Shown piece by piece: positions 19,001 through 26,627 of a stretch of DNA of 64,000 bases. The position numbers and the translations under genes are program-made. The notes under the pieces are model-generated. The model did not search any database and was not told the origin of the DNA. It was given only the letters and a program-made list of their open reading frames with translations. The stretch lies in the NCBI GenBank assembly GCA_012960245.1, contig DUBO01000051.1, positions 60,887 through 124,886 on the forward strand. Reading direction: 5' to 3'. This DNA is from Candidatus Binatota bacterium. Lineage in GTDB: Bacteria > Desulfobacterota > Binatia > UBA1149. Position 1 is the stretch's first letter. Every line of letters starts with the position of its first letter.

Positions 19001-19706
19001 TATCAACTACCACTGGTTCGCCGGCTATACGTGGCACGGATTTTCCGAGCCTGAGGAGCTGGGTCCGGGCAACCTGCGCTCCTACGGCGACTTCCTGGTC
19101 GATGCTCGGCAGGGCTTGCTCGGCGCGTTGGTAATAGAAGAAGCCGGTGCCAGCTGGACCGACACCGTGACCGGCACGGCGGCTTCGTCGGGAACAGCGG
19201 TAGACGTGACCACGGCCTCTGGTGAAACCTTTCGCGAGTTCGTAGTTCTCTACCAGGAAGACCTGGACTTGTTCACGGGCCAGGGAAGGATTCCCGACGC
19301 CAAGGTCGATCAGGCCGAGAAGGCGTTCAATTACCGAACCGAGAATTTCTGGGCGCGGCTGGGCGTTCCTACTTCCGTAGACTTGAATGACGTGGCGTTT
19401 CCCTCCGATTTTTTCAGCGGCCCTATCGAGACACCTTTGTTCAGGGCAGCCGACGGGCAGAAGGTTCGTTTCCACGTACTGCAGCCCTCCGGCGGTCCCC
19501 TGCAGCACACCTTCCTCGTGCAGGGGCACGACTATCCGGACAACCGCCAACCGATGGCGGGCACCGGGGGGGCGAGCATTATAGCCCCCTTCGTGGCCCG
19601 TACCATGGACCTGGAAGGCGGCGCGCGCGCCGGCACATGGCTCTATCACGACGGCACGGGGTACGGTCGGGCGGGTGGCCTCTGGGGCCGGCTGGAAGTC
19701 GACTGA
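13068..19706 (+). CDS. mnxG: MnxG-type multicopper oxidase (putative Mn(II) oxidase) with N-terminal Cys-rich domain and repeats
   Basis: Signal peptide; VVALDQ..YNR, RPRPLVLRAN; Cu motifs in MnxG-like order HIFHLHAHQW (16359), HCHLYPHFAQGM (16530), HIH (17454), HDH (17766); DGSGNGWNYEDG. Substrate is inferred. Confidence 0.8.
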   Translation: MNNSQPFYLPVFKTIRTALLCSVLMLLVPLTAVGAEQQQAGDRFPSNPLGACSTKLAAGGDKLFKKAARALQRCQKADMSTSCLLNRPASVAGELSGYATKARRSMAGKCSRINYDLAGYPSTCPGFGDACDFTVAGWDVTGEKNDMLDCLLCMYDAAARRSLELQVVVPRCGDGMDNRLDEICDDGNDDSNDACLGDCRAASCGDGFVWAGQESCDNGDANSDTEADACRSDCTPAVCGDGTVDSGEECDDSGESASCDSDCSLAVCGDGTVNASAGETCDDTGESASCNSDCTVASCGDGTTNGTAGESCDDGNGDNTDACLNDCSPASCGDGFTWAGSEDCDDGNADNNDSCLDSCTAATCGDGFAWAGTEECDDGNADNGDSCLDSCVTATCGDGFLFSGSEQCDDGAANSDTAPDTCRSDCELPSCGDGVADSAEQCDDGNADDNDSCLGSCVDASCGDGHTWAGIEACDAAGYSASCNLDCSVSVCGDGKANPAAGEACDAAGESAVCDLDCSLASCGDGTMNTTAGEACDAAGESTTCDLDCSLASCGDGTTNATAGETCDTEGESASCNADCSTAACGDGKVNSSAGEQCDAAGESDLCDGDCTVAACGDGTTNATAGEACDDGNNSNGDGCLDSCATASCGDGFVFAGEEACDDGNSSNADACLADCAVASCGDGFVFVGQEACDDGNSDNGDACLDSCETASCGDGFLFVGGEECDDGNSSDTDSCSAACDSQRVISAGVVALDQVLTYNRWGSHQAAGMIFALRRDVVDMAGNPIGEGGVPGQVMLRPGKRPRPLVLRANEGDVLQVHFTNLLAPARPNAKGTTTRLASMMVNGTRVLGNTHDPVVTGLEGIAPGQSTDYSWKAGHEGTKLFYSLAGPAGGGGDGGQLSLGLFGALNVEPEGSSWYRSQVTAAELATARSQAEAPALLNYDAVDIAGVPVLRMLDDAGELVHSDLNAIIAYDQAADNVQSTSEATFREFSVIFHDEIELTQGYPQLDNDVLKPVSDSFAINYGSEGLGSRLLANRLGEGPAANCLECPYEEFFLESAVSGDPALLNVFEDDPSNVHHSYINDNVKFRNLHAGPRETHIFHLHAHQWLANAGEGIDDNSVYLDSQAISPMSNFTYEIQYGGAGNRNKVVGDSIFHCHLYPHFAQGMWELWRAHDVLEDGTRRLMDGELGPGTNPLTGVTVGGTPIPALVPMPDYAMAPDPSYGPNALPGYPFYMAQVAGHRAPQAPLDVASDGGLPRHVFTDGGQRSTGAGAASFDFHVDVQVANIQVLPQEGTALEQAAMAFHASPGVTTTTPEGDAAFFELNGLPSTAGAPYAEPCPPLCGSAQQGEYQAACMDGCTGKPWDPECSLRCEDCTTAHRTYHVSYIELDLLANAAGWHDPQGRINVLDSDVSLYEGQTTTADPFFFRANSGECVTFKHTNRAPKEFDLDDFQVRTPADVVGQHIHLVKFDVTSSDGSGNGWNYEDGTYSAEAIAEWTAASNALGGSATSGYDAAGNPVNVWGDGATSGVPTTLTADGGFQTTTQRWWADPLLNKHGQDRSIRTVFTHDHFFPSTGQQHGFYNALTIEPAGSQWLTPDLTDDLSLPLDPARGVGTQAYIIAADSKTCTVSGEAVAVEPLPCNSDADCPEEEWCMNMDHREFMMAVADLALLYTPLGVPIGAPAQPEAISSKGGTDVVNYRNEPFAGRGGPHPDADLDTLNSGNGVPSGAFSSWVNGDPFTEIFKAREGERMQVRLIQGAQQAQHSFNLHGGLWPEAIDDSGSPMVQGQPIGISEHFECDMGVAPPVTGGGVADYLYHFGANDHLNDGSWGLIRVFADGLSFDASDSELRSAQLAAAAAGERNDCLEDSPARLFEVEAWRAADLLPGGRLVYNQREDIYDPNARIFLLAEDRAALAAGTKAVEPLVLRANSGDCITVSLTNHMPDTEVSMHPQRVSYDVRYSDGANVGLNFLQTAMPGETINYHWFAGYTWHGFSEPEELGPGNLRSYGDFLVDARQGLLGALVIEEAGASWTDTVTGTAASSGTAVDVTTASGETFREFVVLYQEDLDLFTGQGRIPDAKVDQAEKAFNYRTENFWARLGVPTSVDLNDVAFPSDFFSGPIETPLFRAADGQKVRFHVLQPSGGPLQHTFLVQGHDYPDNRQPMAGTGGASIIAPFVARTMDLEGGARAGTWLYHDGTGYGRAGGLWGRLEVD
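13581..15290 (+). repeat. 18 tandem CGDG-x-E-x-CD Cys-rich repeats (~31-32 aa; Myxococcus cysteine-rich/DUF4215-like)
   Basis: 18 CGDG starts counted in the translation; two subtypes (CDDGNxxxxDxC and CDxxGESxxC). Confidence 0.85.
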
Positions 19707-19847
19707 CGGCTATAGCCCGGCAACTGGCCCGGTCGCTGGCGGATTAATTTGTTCTGCCCCCCTAACGGGGGGTACGGGCCGCTGTTTCCCCGTTTGGGGG
19801 CTTGTTGAACTCCCCCGACAGGGTAACTTTTTATAAGGGGTTACAGC

Positions 19848-21746
19848 TTGCGGGGGTTTCCTAAATACGAAAGAAAGGTGGGATTGTCGGTGGCGATCCT
19901 GTTGCCGCTGGCGATGGTTTTCGGCTGCCCGGTGCCGGTGGATGCCGCGGATTCCAAGCCTGCGGGCGTTGAATTCTCGGTACACAACCTGGATTCCAAG
20001 GCGGGTCAGGCAATCAGGGCGGGCGGGGACCTTCTGGTCAAGTTCAGACTGTCTGATCCCGATTCTGGCTTCGGACTGTCGCAGTTGCACCCGGCTGCCT
20101 GGCTCAGCCCGCGCGAGAAGGGCGCTCCCGCGCCGTCGCAGCAGGAGTGCGAAAACCTGATACGCGGCATGGGGCAGTTCGGTGTCACGCACGCCGACGA
20201 CGATCTCAACGGTTACTACATCCTCACCCTCAACGCTGACAATTCAGTCTCTATTCTCAACCCCATGGTCAGCCTGAACACTTCCAACCAGAAGGCCCAC
20301 ATTCTCCTGGACGGCGAGGCGCACGCATGGGATTTTGACCCCAACACGGCGCTGGCCTGGGTGACCTTGCCCGACGATAACAAGGTGGCCGTTGTTGACG
20401 TCAAGGGCCGACGAGTCGCTGCCTACCTGGCAGTGGGCAACGCGCCGCGGTCGATAGAAGTACAACCCGACGGTCGTTTTGTGTGGGTGGGCAACGACGA
20501 TTCGGGTACCGTCAGCGTGTTGGCCCCAAGCGGCCAAGGACAACTTCGTTCGATCGAAGTGGGGCGAGGCCCGATAGATTTTGCCTTCGACGAACAGGGG
20601 CGCTACGTGATCGTGTCAGCGGGGGGTGCCGGCCGCGTGTCGGTGATCGATACGGGGAGCATGAAAGTCGTATCTTCTCTCGAAGTGGGCGAAGGCTCAC
20701 TTCAGGTCGCCTGGGCAGAACTGGCCGGCGCTTTTTACCTGCTCAACCCTTCGCGCAACACGGTTACGGTCGCTTACCCCCGCGAGGGCCGGGCTGCCGT
20801 GGAGATCGATGTCGCCGAGGGCGCCACGACGATTGAAGCCGATCCGCAGGGACGCTGGGTATTCGTGATCAACCCCGAGGCGCGCGCGGTTGACATCATC
20901 GATACCGCAGCTGCGAGGCTGTCGCGCAGGGTAGCGCTCGAGGAAAAACCCAGCCACGTTCTTTTCAGCTCGATCTTCGCCTACGTCTACCACGCCGACA
21001 GTTCCAACCTGTCGCTGGTAAAGCTCTCTGCGCTTGCGGATGCTGAAGCTGCACCGGTGCTGATCATCCCCATGGGAGTTGAGCGACCCGAGGGAAGAAT
21101 GGTGCGCCCGGGCCTGTTGCCCATGGACATTCTGCCCGATGAGGGCGGCGCCGTGGTGGCCAACCCGGTCGAGAAGGTCATCTATTTTTACACCGACGGA
21201 ATGATGTCTCCGATGGGTTCGTTCAAGACATGGGCGTCGAACCCGCTGGGCGTGATTCTCTACGACCGCTCGCTGCGGGAGCGCGGCAACTCGGGCGTCT
21301 ACGAGACGGTTACCCGCCTGGACGAACCCGGGGTGTACGATGTTCCCTTCGTGCTGGGCAGCCCACGGGTAGTGACCTGTTTTGAGTTCGAGGTCGCGGG
21401 AGAGCCCGGGCACGGGGAAGCCGTGAAGCCGTTGTTCCGCGGACTGTTCGTGGGCGAGGATCTCGCCCCGGGTGACGAGGTGACCCTGCGCTACCAGGTG
21501 GTCGACGGTCGCGATGGCCGTCCCCTGACCGGTCTCGACGACCTGAGATTGATAACCTTTCGCGCGGGCGAGAACTGGAGCGCGAGGTCCTGGACCAAGG
21601 AAGTAGAAGACGGCGTGTACGAGGCGGGTGTCACCTTTCCGCGCGGCGGCCGTTACCTGGTGCAGGTGGAGGCACGCTCGCTGGGCATCGGTTTCGGCGA
21701 TGCTGGAAGGGACTACGCCGACGTGTCGCAGGGAGCGACGAGATGA
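19848..21746 (+). CDS. Exported YVTN/YncE-type beta-propeller protein with C-terminal YtkA-like Ig fold
   Basis: Repeated VGxxP..W/YV.N..SGTVSV blades; C-terminal EVEDGVYEAGVTFPRGGRY. Start may be GTG at 19878. Confidence 0.8.
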   Translation: MRGFPKYERKVGLSVAILLPLAMVFGCPVPVDAADSKPAGVEFSVHNLDSKAGQAIRAGGDLLVKFRLSDPDSGFGLSQLHPAAWLSPREKGAPAPSQQECENLIRGMGQFGVTHADDDLNGYYILTLNADNSVSILNPMVSLNTSNQKAHILLDGEAHAWDFDPNTALAWVTLPDDNKVAVVDVKGRRVAAYLAVGNAPRSIEVQPDGRFVWVGNDDSGTVSVLAPSGQGQLRSIEVGRGPIDFAFDEQGRYVIVSAGGAGRVSVIDTGSMKVVSSLEVGEGSLQVAWAELAGAFYLLNPSRNTVTVAYPREGRAAVEIDVAEGATTIEADPQGRWVFVINPEARAVDIIDTAAARLSRRVALEEKPSHVLFSSIFAYVYHADSSNLSLVKLSALADAEAAPVLIIPMGVERPEGRMVRPGLLPMDILPDEGGAVVANPVEKVIYFYTDGMMSPMGSFKTWASNPLGVILYDRSLRERGNSGVYETVTRLDEPGVYDVPFVLGSPRVVTCFEFEVAGEPGHGEAVKPLFRGLFVGEDLAPGDEVTLRYQVVDGRDGRPLTGLDDLRLITFRAGENWSARSWTKEVEDGVYEAGVTFPRGGRYLVQVEARSLGIGFGDAGRDYADVSQGATR

Positions 21747-22381
21747 AACAAGGCTTGCTCACAGTGCTGCTATCGGCAGCGATGCTTGCTTGCCCGTTCT
21801 TGATGCGGGCGGCAACGGCCGCGGGCGTGAGCGCGGGGGGAAACGACGCTGGCGACGTCAGGCTTATCGACGTGCCGCTGCTCGACCAGGATGGCAAGCG
21901 CATGATGCTGGTCAGTGACCTGGTCGGGGAGAAGATCGTGGTAATGAACTTCATTTTTACTACCTGCCCGTCGGTGTGCCCCATGCAGTCTGCAATTTTT
22001 GCAGGCCTGCAGAAGGAGCTGGGTGATCGCCTGGGCAACGAGGTCAAGCTGTTGAGCCTGAGCATAGACCCGGTCACCGATGTGCCTGCGAGGCTGGCGG
22101 AAACCGCCGCTCGCTACGGGGCGCGAGAGGGCTGGACCTGGCTCACGGGCGAGAAGGCCGACGTCGACAGGGCCCTGGTCGGCCTGGGTGCGTACTCGAG
22201 CGAGGTTGAATCGCACCCGGCGATGATCCTGGTGGGAGACGGCAGCACGGGCGATTGGACACGCTTCTATGGTTTTCCGCGTCCGGTAGACGTGCTGGCC
22301 CGAGTGGACGCGCTCGTCGCGGCACGGATCGCGGGGCCGGGAGCGGTTGCCGCGGAGCCGGCAGAAGAAAACCAGCGATGA
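21743..22381 (+). CDS. SCO1/SenC family copper chaperone
   Basis: NFIFTTCPSVCP (CxxxC), SIDPVTD, conserved His; ATGA overlap with upstream gene. Confidence 0.9.
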   Translation: MKQGLLTVLLSAAMLACPFLMRAATAAGVSAGGNDAGDVRLIDVPLLDQDGKRMMLVSDLVGEKIVVMNFIFTTCPSVCPMQSAIFAGLQKELGDRLGNEVKLLSLSIDPVTDVPARLAETAARYGAREGWTWLTGEKADVDRALVGLGAYSSEVESHPAMILVGDGSTGDWTRFYGFPRPVDVLARVDALVAARIAGPGAVAAEPAEENQR

Positions 22382-23043
22382 AATGCTCGAGCTCTAAAAC
22401 TTCGACGATTAGTTTCGCAACGGTGAGCGTGACGGCCCTGGTGTGCTTTCTGCTGCTCGGTGTAACCCGTTCCGCCGCGGCCGCCGCCGCCGAGACTCAA
22501 GCTACTACCACCCCCGTTTCTGTCACTGCCGCCCGCGACGGAGACGAGGCCGCGCGAAGCTGGTTCACCGAATCCATCTTGCTTGACCAACGCGGTCGAG
22601 AGCTGAAGTTCTACAGCGATGTTCTCAAGGACCAGGTAGTGGTCGTCAACTTCATCTTTACCCGTTGCCCCGGCACTTGCCCGGTGCAGACGGCCAAGAT
22701 GTCGGAACTCTACAAGGAACTCGGTGGAGAAATGGGGCGGACGGTGCGCTTCGTATCGATTTCGGTAGACCCCGACAACGACACACCGGCGAAGTTGCTT
22801 GAATTTGCAGACCGCTACAAGGCTGGTGACGGCTGGTTTTTTCTTACGGGTGAGCAAAAAAGTCTCGACCAGGTAACGCGCAGGCTCGGTGCTCACAATA
22901 GTCTTGCCGAGGCGCACTCGCCCTTGTTCCTGCTCGGAAATGTCAGCCGCGAACACTGGGTCAAAATGCGCCCGAGCGCTTCGGTGGCAACGCTGGCGGG
23001 TGAAGTACGAAAACTGCTCGCGGTCGATAAAGAAGATGGCTGA
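22378..23043 (+). CDS. SCO1/SenC family copper chaperone (second copy)
   Basis: NFIFTRCPGTCP, SVDPDNDT, AHS; ATG 22378 overlaps previous stop. Confidence 0.9.
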   Translation: MKCSSSKTSTISFATVSVTALVCFLLLGVTRSAAAAAAETQATTTPVSVTAARDGDEAARSWFTESILLDQRGRELKFYSDVLKDQVVVVNFIFTRCPGTCPVQTAKMSELYKELGGEMGRTVRFVSISVDPDNDTPAKLLEFADRYKAGDGWFFLTGEQKSLDQVTRRLGAHNSLAEAHSPLFLLGNVSREHWVKMRPSASVATLAGEVRKLLAVDKEDG

Positions 23044-24673
23044 CAGGATGACGGCGGCACTGCCAGCGCGGTTACTCGTCGTGGCGGCGCTGGGTGGGGT
23101 GCTGGTTGCCTTGGTTGCCGATCCGGCAGTGGCTGGCTGGGGCGAACAGGAGCAGCGCGGCAAGTCGGTTTACGAGCAGGGCAGGGCCACGGGCCAGGTG
23201 AAGGCACTGCTGGCGGGGCCGGGCCTCGAAGTCGATGCGGCCCAGTTTCCCTGCGTAAACTGTCACGGCCACGACGGCGCGGGTGTCATTGAAGGTGGCG
23301 TCACCACTGCCGACATCAGGCCGTCGCGCTTAGCGTTCGCGGCCGATGCCACCAGGGACTTCGGCAGGCAGCGGCCGGCCTACGACAACGAGGCGCTGGC
23401 AATGGCGATCAGGTCGGGTCTCGACCCAGGTGGCAACAGCCTTCACCCGGCCATGCCTCGCTACCGTATCAACGACGACGACTTGGCCGACCTGCTGGCC
23501 TACATGCGCCACCTGGGGCGAGAGCCTGTAGCAGGGGTAGCAGAAGATGCGGTGAGGGTCGCCGCGTTGCTGCCTTCCGCTGGACCGCTGGCCGCCCCCG
23601 CCCGCGAGGTTGAGCGTGTGCTCGCGGCCTTCGAAGAATACACCAACGAACAGGGCGGGGCCTACGGTCGGCGCTTGCTGCTGGAGCTCAAGCACTACGA
23701 TCCGTCGGTGGATGCCGGTGGCGTTGCCGCGGTGGACGAGTTGCTGGCGGGCGAACGCCCGTTCTGCCTCTTGTCGAGCATGGGCCTGGGGGCCGCTGCG
23801 TTGGCCACGCTTGAACAAGCCGGCGTTCCGCTGGTCGCGCCGCTGGCGGTACCTGCCAGTGACGGCTACGGCGCCGCCCGAAACACCTTTTTTGTTTTTA
23901 CCTCCGTGGCCGACCAGGCCAGGGTATTGGTCGATCATCTGGTGGCCGAGCTACCCGGCCTGGGCGGGGGCGCGGTGCTGCTGCACGACTCTGGTCCCGA
24001 GGGGCTGGCGGGCAAGCTGGGTGTAGAAAGCCAACTGTCCGGCTACGACCAGACGCTGTCGGCGAGTATCCAACTGGCAGCTGCGGGAGGCGTTGAGTCT
24101 GTCGTGGCGGAGCTCGTCGCGGCCGGAACAGCGGGCCAACGGCCCTCGGCTGTATTTTTCTTTGCCGATGGAGAGCGAGCGGCAGAGTTCCTGCGCCTGG
24201 CCGCTGCCGAAGACTGGCACCCGCTGCTGTTGGGACCCGCCGAAAGGCTGTCCCCCGGCCTGGCCGGCCTGCCCCCGGCTTTGCTCGCCGGACTGCGCCT
24301 GGTTTCGCCTGCCGGGGTGCCGGACCTAGACGCCGGCCGTAGCAGGGAGTTTCTCGCGGTGATGGAAAGAGAAGGAATTGCGGGGAGCTACCGCGCGTTT
24401 CAAATCTCGGCCTGGGCTGGAGGCTTGCTGCTGAGAGAAGGGTTGCGGAGATCTGGCCGTCGTCTTACCACACCTCGTTTCATGGCATCGCTCACCGGCC
24501 TGCGCGGGTTCGATACCGGCTTGCTGGCGCCGTTGTCATTTGACGAAAACAGCAGGGTGGGTGTGGCCGGCGCCACGGTGCTGCGGTTTTCAACGGCCGG
24601 CCCGGGCTTGTCGGTTGCCCGTAGATGGCGCGAACCCCTGGCGGCATCCGCCGTTGTAGAGCCTCAACTGTAA
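23036..24673 (+). CDS. Cytochrome c / type I periplasmic solute-binding protein fusion
   Basis: Signal peptide, CVNCH heme motif, MPRY distal Met, then GGAYGRRL LivK-like binding fold. Confidence 0.85.
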   Translation: MADRMTAALPARLLVVAALGGVLVALVADPAVAGWGEQEQRGKSVYEQGRATGQVKALLAGPGLEVDAAQFPCVNCHGHDGAGVIEGGVTTADIRPSRLAFAADATRDFGRQRPAYDNEALAMAIRSGLDPGGNSLHPAMPRYRINDDDLADLLAYMRHLGREPVAGVAEDAVRVAALLPSAGPLAAPAREVERVLAAFEEYTNEQGGAYGRRLLLELKHYDPSVDAGGVAAVDELLAGERPFCLLSSMGLGAAALATLEQAGVPLVAPLAVPASDGYGAARNTFFVFTSVADQARVLVDHLVAELPGLGGGAVLLHDSGPEGLAGKLGVESQLSGYDQTLSASIQLAAAGGVESVVAELVAAGTAGQRPSAVFFFADGERAAEFLRLAAAEDWHPLLLGPAERLSPGLAGLPPALLAGLRLVSPAGVPDLDAGRSREFLAVMEREGIAGSYRAFQISAWAGGLLLREGLRRSGRRLTTPRFMASLTGLRGFDTGLLAPLSFDENSRVGVAGATVLRFSTAGPGLSVARRWREPLAASAVVEPQL

Positions 24674-24876
24674 AACACCTCAATATTCACTGGGCTAAGC
24701 TGGGCTGTACGGCCCTTGTGGTGTGCAGGCGGTATCAACACAAAGATATCTGCAGTGTTTATCTATAATTCGGATTTTATCACTATGCGGCGCTTCCCTA
24801 GCTTCGGGCTAGCTGTTATCTGCCCGTCTCCCCTGCAGTCTTTTGTCTGGAAGACAACGGGGGGCTGGAGTGTCAG

Positions 24877-26523
24877 GTGGTTCCCATTCGGTACAGGATC
24901 AGGTCGGCCGCGATTGCGTGCGCGCTCGTGTTGGCCATTGTGTTTACTGCCGCTTTGGCTACCGGGGCTGCCAGCGGGAGGATAGTCAACGGTACCGCGA
25001 CTTTTGACTATCCCGAGGTGGGAATGCTTCTGCACGGCAGCAACCCGTGGAACTCGGGCATGACCTGCAGCGGCACGCTTATCGGTTGTCGTAGTTTCCT
25101 GACCGCGGCCCACTGCGTCTGCCCTTGGTCCGGTGGGCAGTGCCAGGGAGCGGGCGCACCTTACAAGGGCCTGTACTCAGTTTACCTGCAGGGCTCAGGC
25201 GTGTACCGGGCTGAATCGGTGCTGGTGAACCCGGGCTACAGCTACCCTGTTGGCGATCTCGCGGTGGTGACCCTGGATCGCCCGGTAGAAGGAATTGTGC
25301 CCGCCGCGATGGTCGGCGTCACACCGGCCGTGGGCAGCGCGGCAGTATTGGTAGGCTATGGTCGCACCGACGGCGCGGCCTCTGATTTTGGCATCAAGCG
25401 GATGGGGGACGTCACCACGGTTGGCTGCGAATCGGGCTACGACAACGGCAACATCTGCTGGAACTTTGACGGCAGCACCTCGAATACTTGTCACGGCGAT
25501 TCCGGTGGCCCGCTGTTCGTTGACCAGGGAGATGGCCCGAGGCTGGCGGGCGTGACCTCGGGTGGTACCCGCTCCGACTGCGGTCCCGGTGATCACAGCT
25601 TTGACACCAGCGTCGCCGCCTGGGCTGACTGGGTGAACAGCATTGTCGATGAAGCCGCCGGCTGCGAAGGAGCCGAACAACAGGCAGCCGTGATTTTTGA
25701 CGCATCGGCCAACGTGGGCTTTGCTGATGCCCTCGCGGACAAGAAGGACCAGGACCACCACCAGTTTACCGTACCGGCTGGTTCGTCCGCGGTGGCAGCA
25801 ACCCTCAATTCCGTCGATGACAGTCACAGCGACCTGGACCTTTACCTGCGCGCAGGGGCGCCGGCAACCGAGGCTGACTTCGATTGCCGCAGTATTGGAG
25901 GTGGCCCGTTCGGCCACTGCTCGGTCACTGAACCCCTCGCTGGTGACTGGTACGCGATGGTTGCCTCTGCCAAGGGCGCAGCCGAGTACCAACTGCTGGC
26001 AGTGTCGCTGCCCAGTCCGGCATCGTCCTGCGGCGATGGGCTGCGCGAATACGGAGAAGAGTGTGACCAGGCCGACGACCAGGCCTGCCCAGGGCAGTGT
26101 GACTCGTCCTGTGCCTGTCCGCAGGCTTGTTCGGCTAATCTCTTCGAAGTTCGCAAGTTAGAGTCCCGTGGAGGGAGGCTTGCCCTCAAGGGTCTGCTCC
26201 TGGATTACTTTGGCGATTTTACCAGTGCAGATCCCAGGCTCAATCTATCTCTCGCCGAGGTTGGTGCCCCGGAGGGCCAGGGCTTGTTTATTGCCAGCGA
26301 CGATACCGGTTGGAACCGCTCGCGGCCGGGGCGCGGACGTTACACCTGGAAGGGAAGCGCCTACGGTCTACCCGCCAAGCTCAAACTAGTGGACCGGAGC
26401 CGTAGGAAGTCGGTCTGGAAAATCAGCGCTCGCTTGAGCCTTGACGGTGGCGATGTGGTCCCCGCGGCCAGCCTGCGACTGGACTTTGCCGGACTCTGCG
26501 CTCTTTCGAACGGCTCGCGCTGA
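24877..26523 (+). CDS. Secreted trypsin-like (S1) serine protease with PPC domain and Cys-rich segment
   Basis: RIVNG activation site, LTAAHC, DLAV, GDSGGP; DLDLYLR..GDWY PPC; CGDG..EECD. Confidence 0.9.
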   Translation: MVPIRYRIRSAAIACALVLAIVFTAALATGAASGRIVNGTATFDYPEVGMLLHGSNPWNSGMTCSGTLIGCRSFLTAAHCVCPWSGGQCQGAGAPYKGLYSVYLQGSGVYRAESVLVNPGYSYPVGDLAVVTLDRPVEGIVPAAMVGVTPAVGSAAVLVGYGRTDGAASDFGIKRMGDVTTVGCESGYDNGNICWNFDGSTSNTCHGDSGGPLFVDQGDGPRLAGVTSGGTRSDCGPGDHSFDTSVAAWADWVNSIVDEAAGCEGAEQQAAVIFDASANVGFADALADKKDQDHHQFTVPAGSSAVAATLNSVDDSHSDLDLYLRAGAPATEADFDCRSIGGGPFGHCSVTEPLAGDWYAMVASAKGAAEYQLLAVSLPSPASSCGDGLREYGEECDQADDQACPGQCDSSCACPQACSANLFEVRKLESRGGRLALKGLLLDYFGDFTSADPRLNLSLAEVGAPEGQGLFIASDDTGWNRSRPGRGRYTWKGSAYGLPAKLKLVDRSRRKSVWKISARLSLDGGDVVPAASLRLDFAGLCALSNGSR

Positions 26524-26627
26524 GCGCTTTTTTGGGCCGGTGGGCTGCGTGGGCCCGGGCGCTGTCTTGACTAGCGGGCTAAGCTGTCTCTATTGTCAAT
26601 GAGGTCGCCCGCGCGGCTGTTTCTCTC

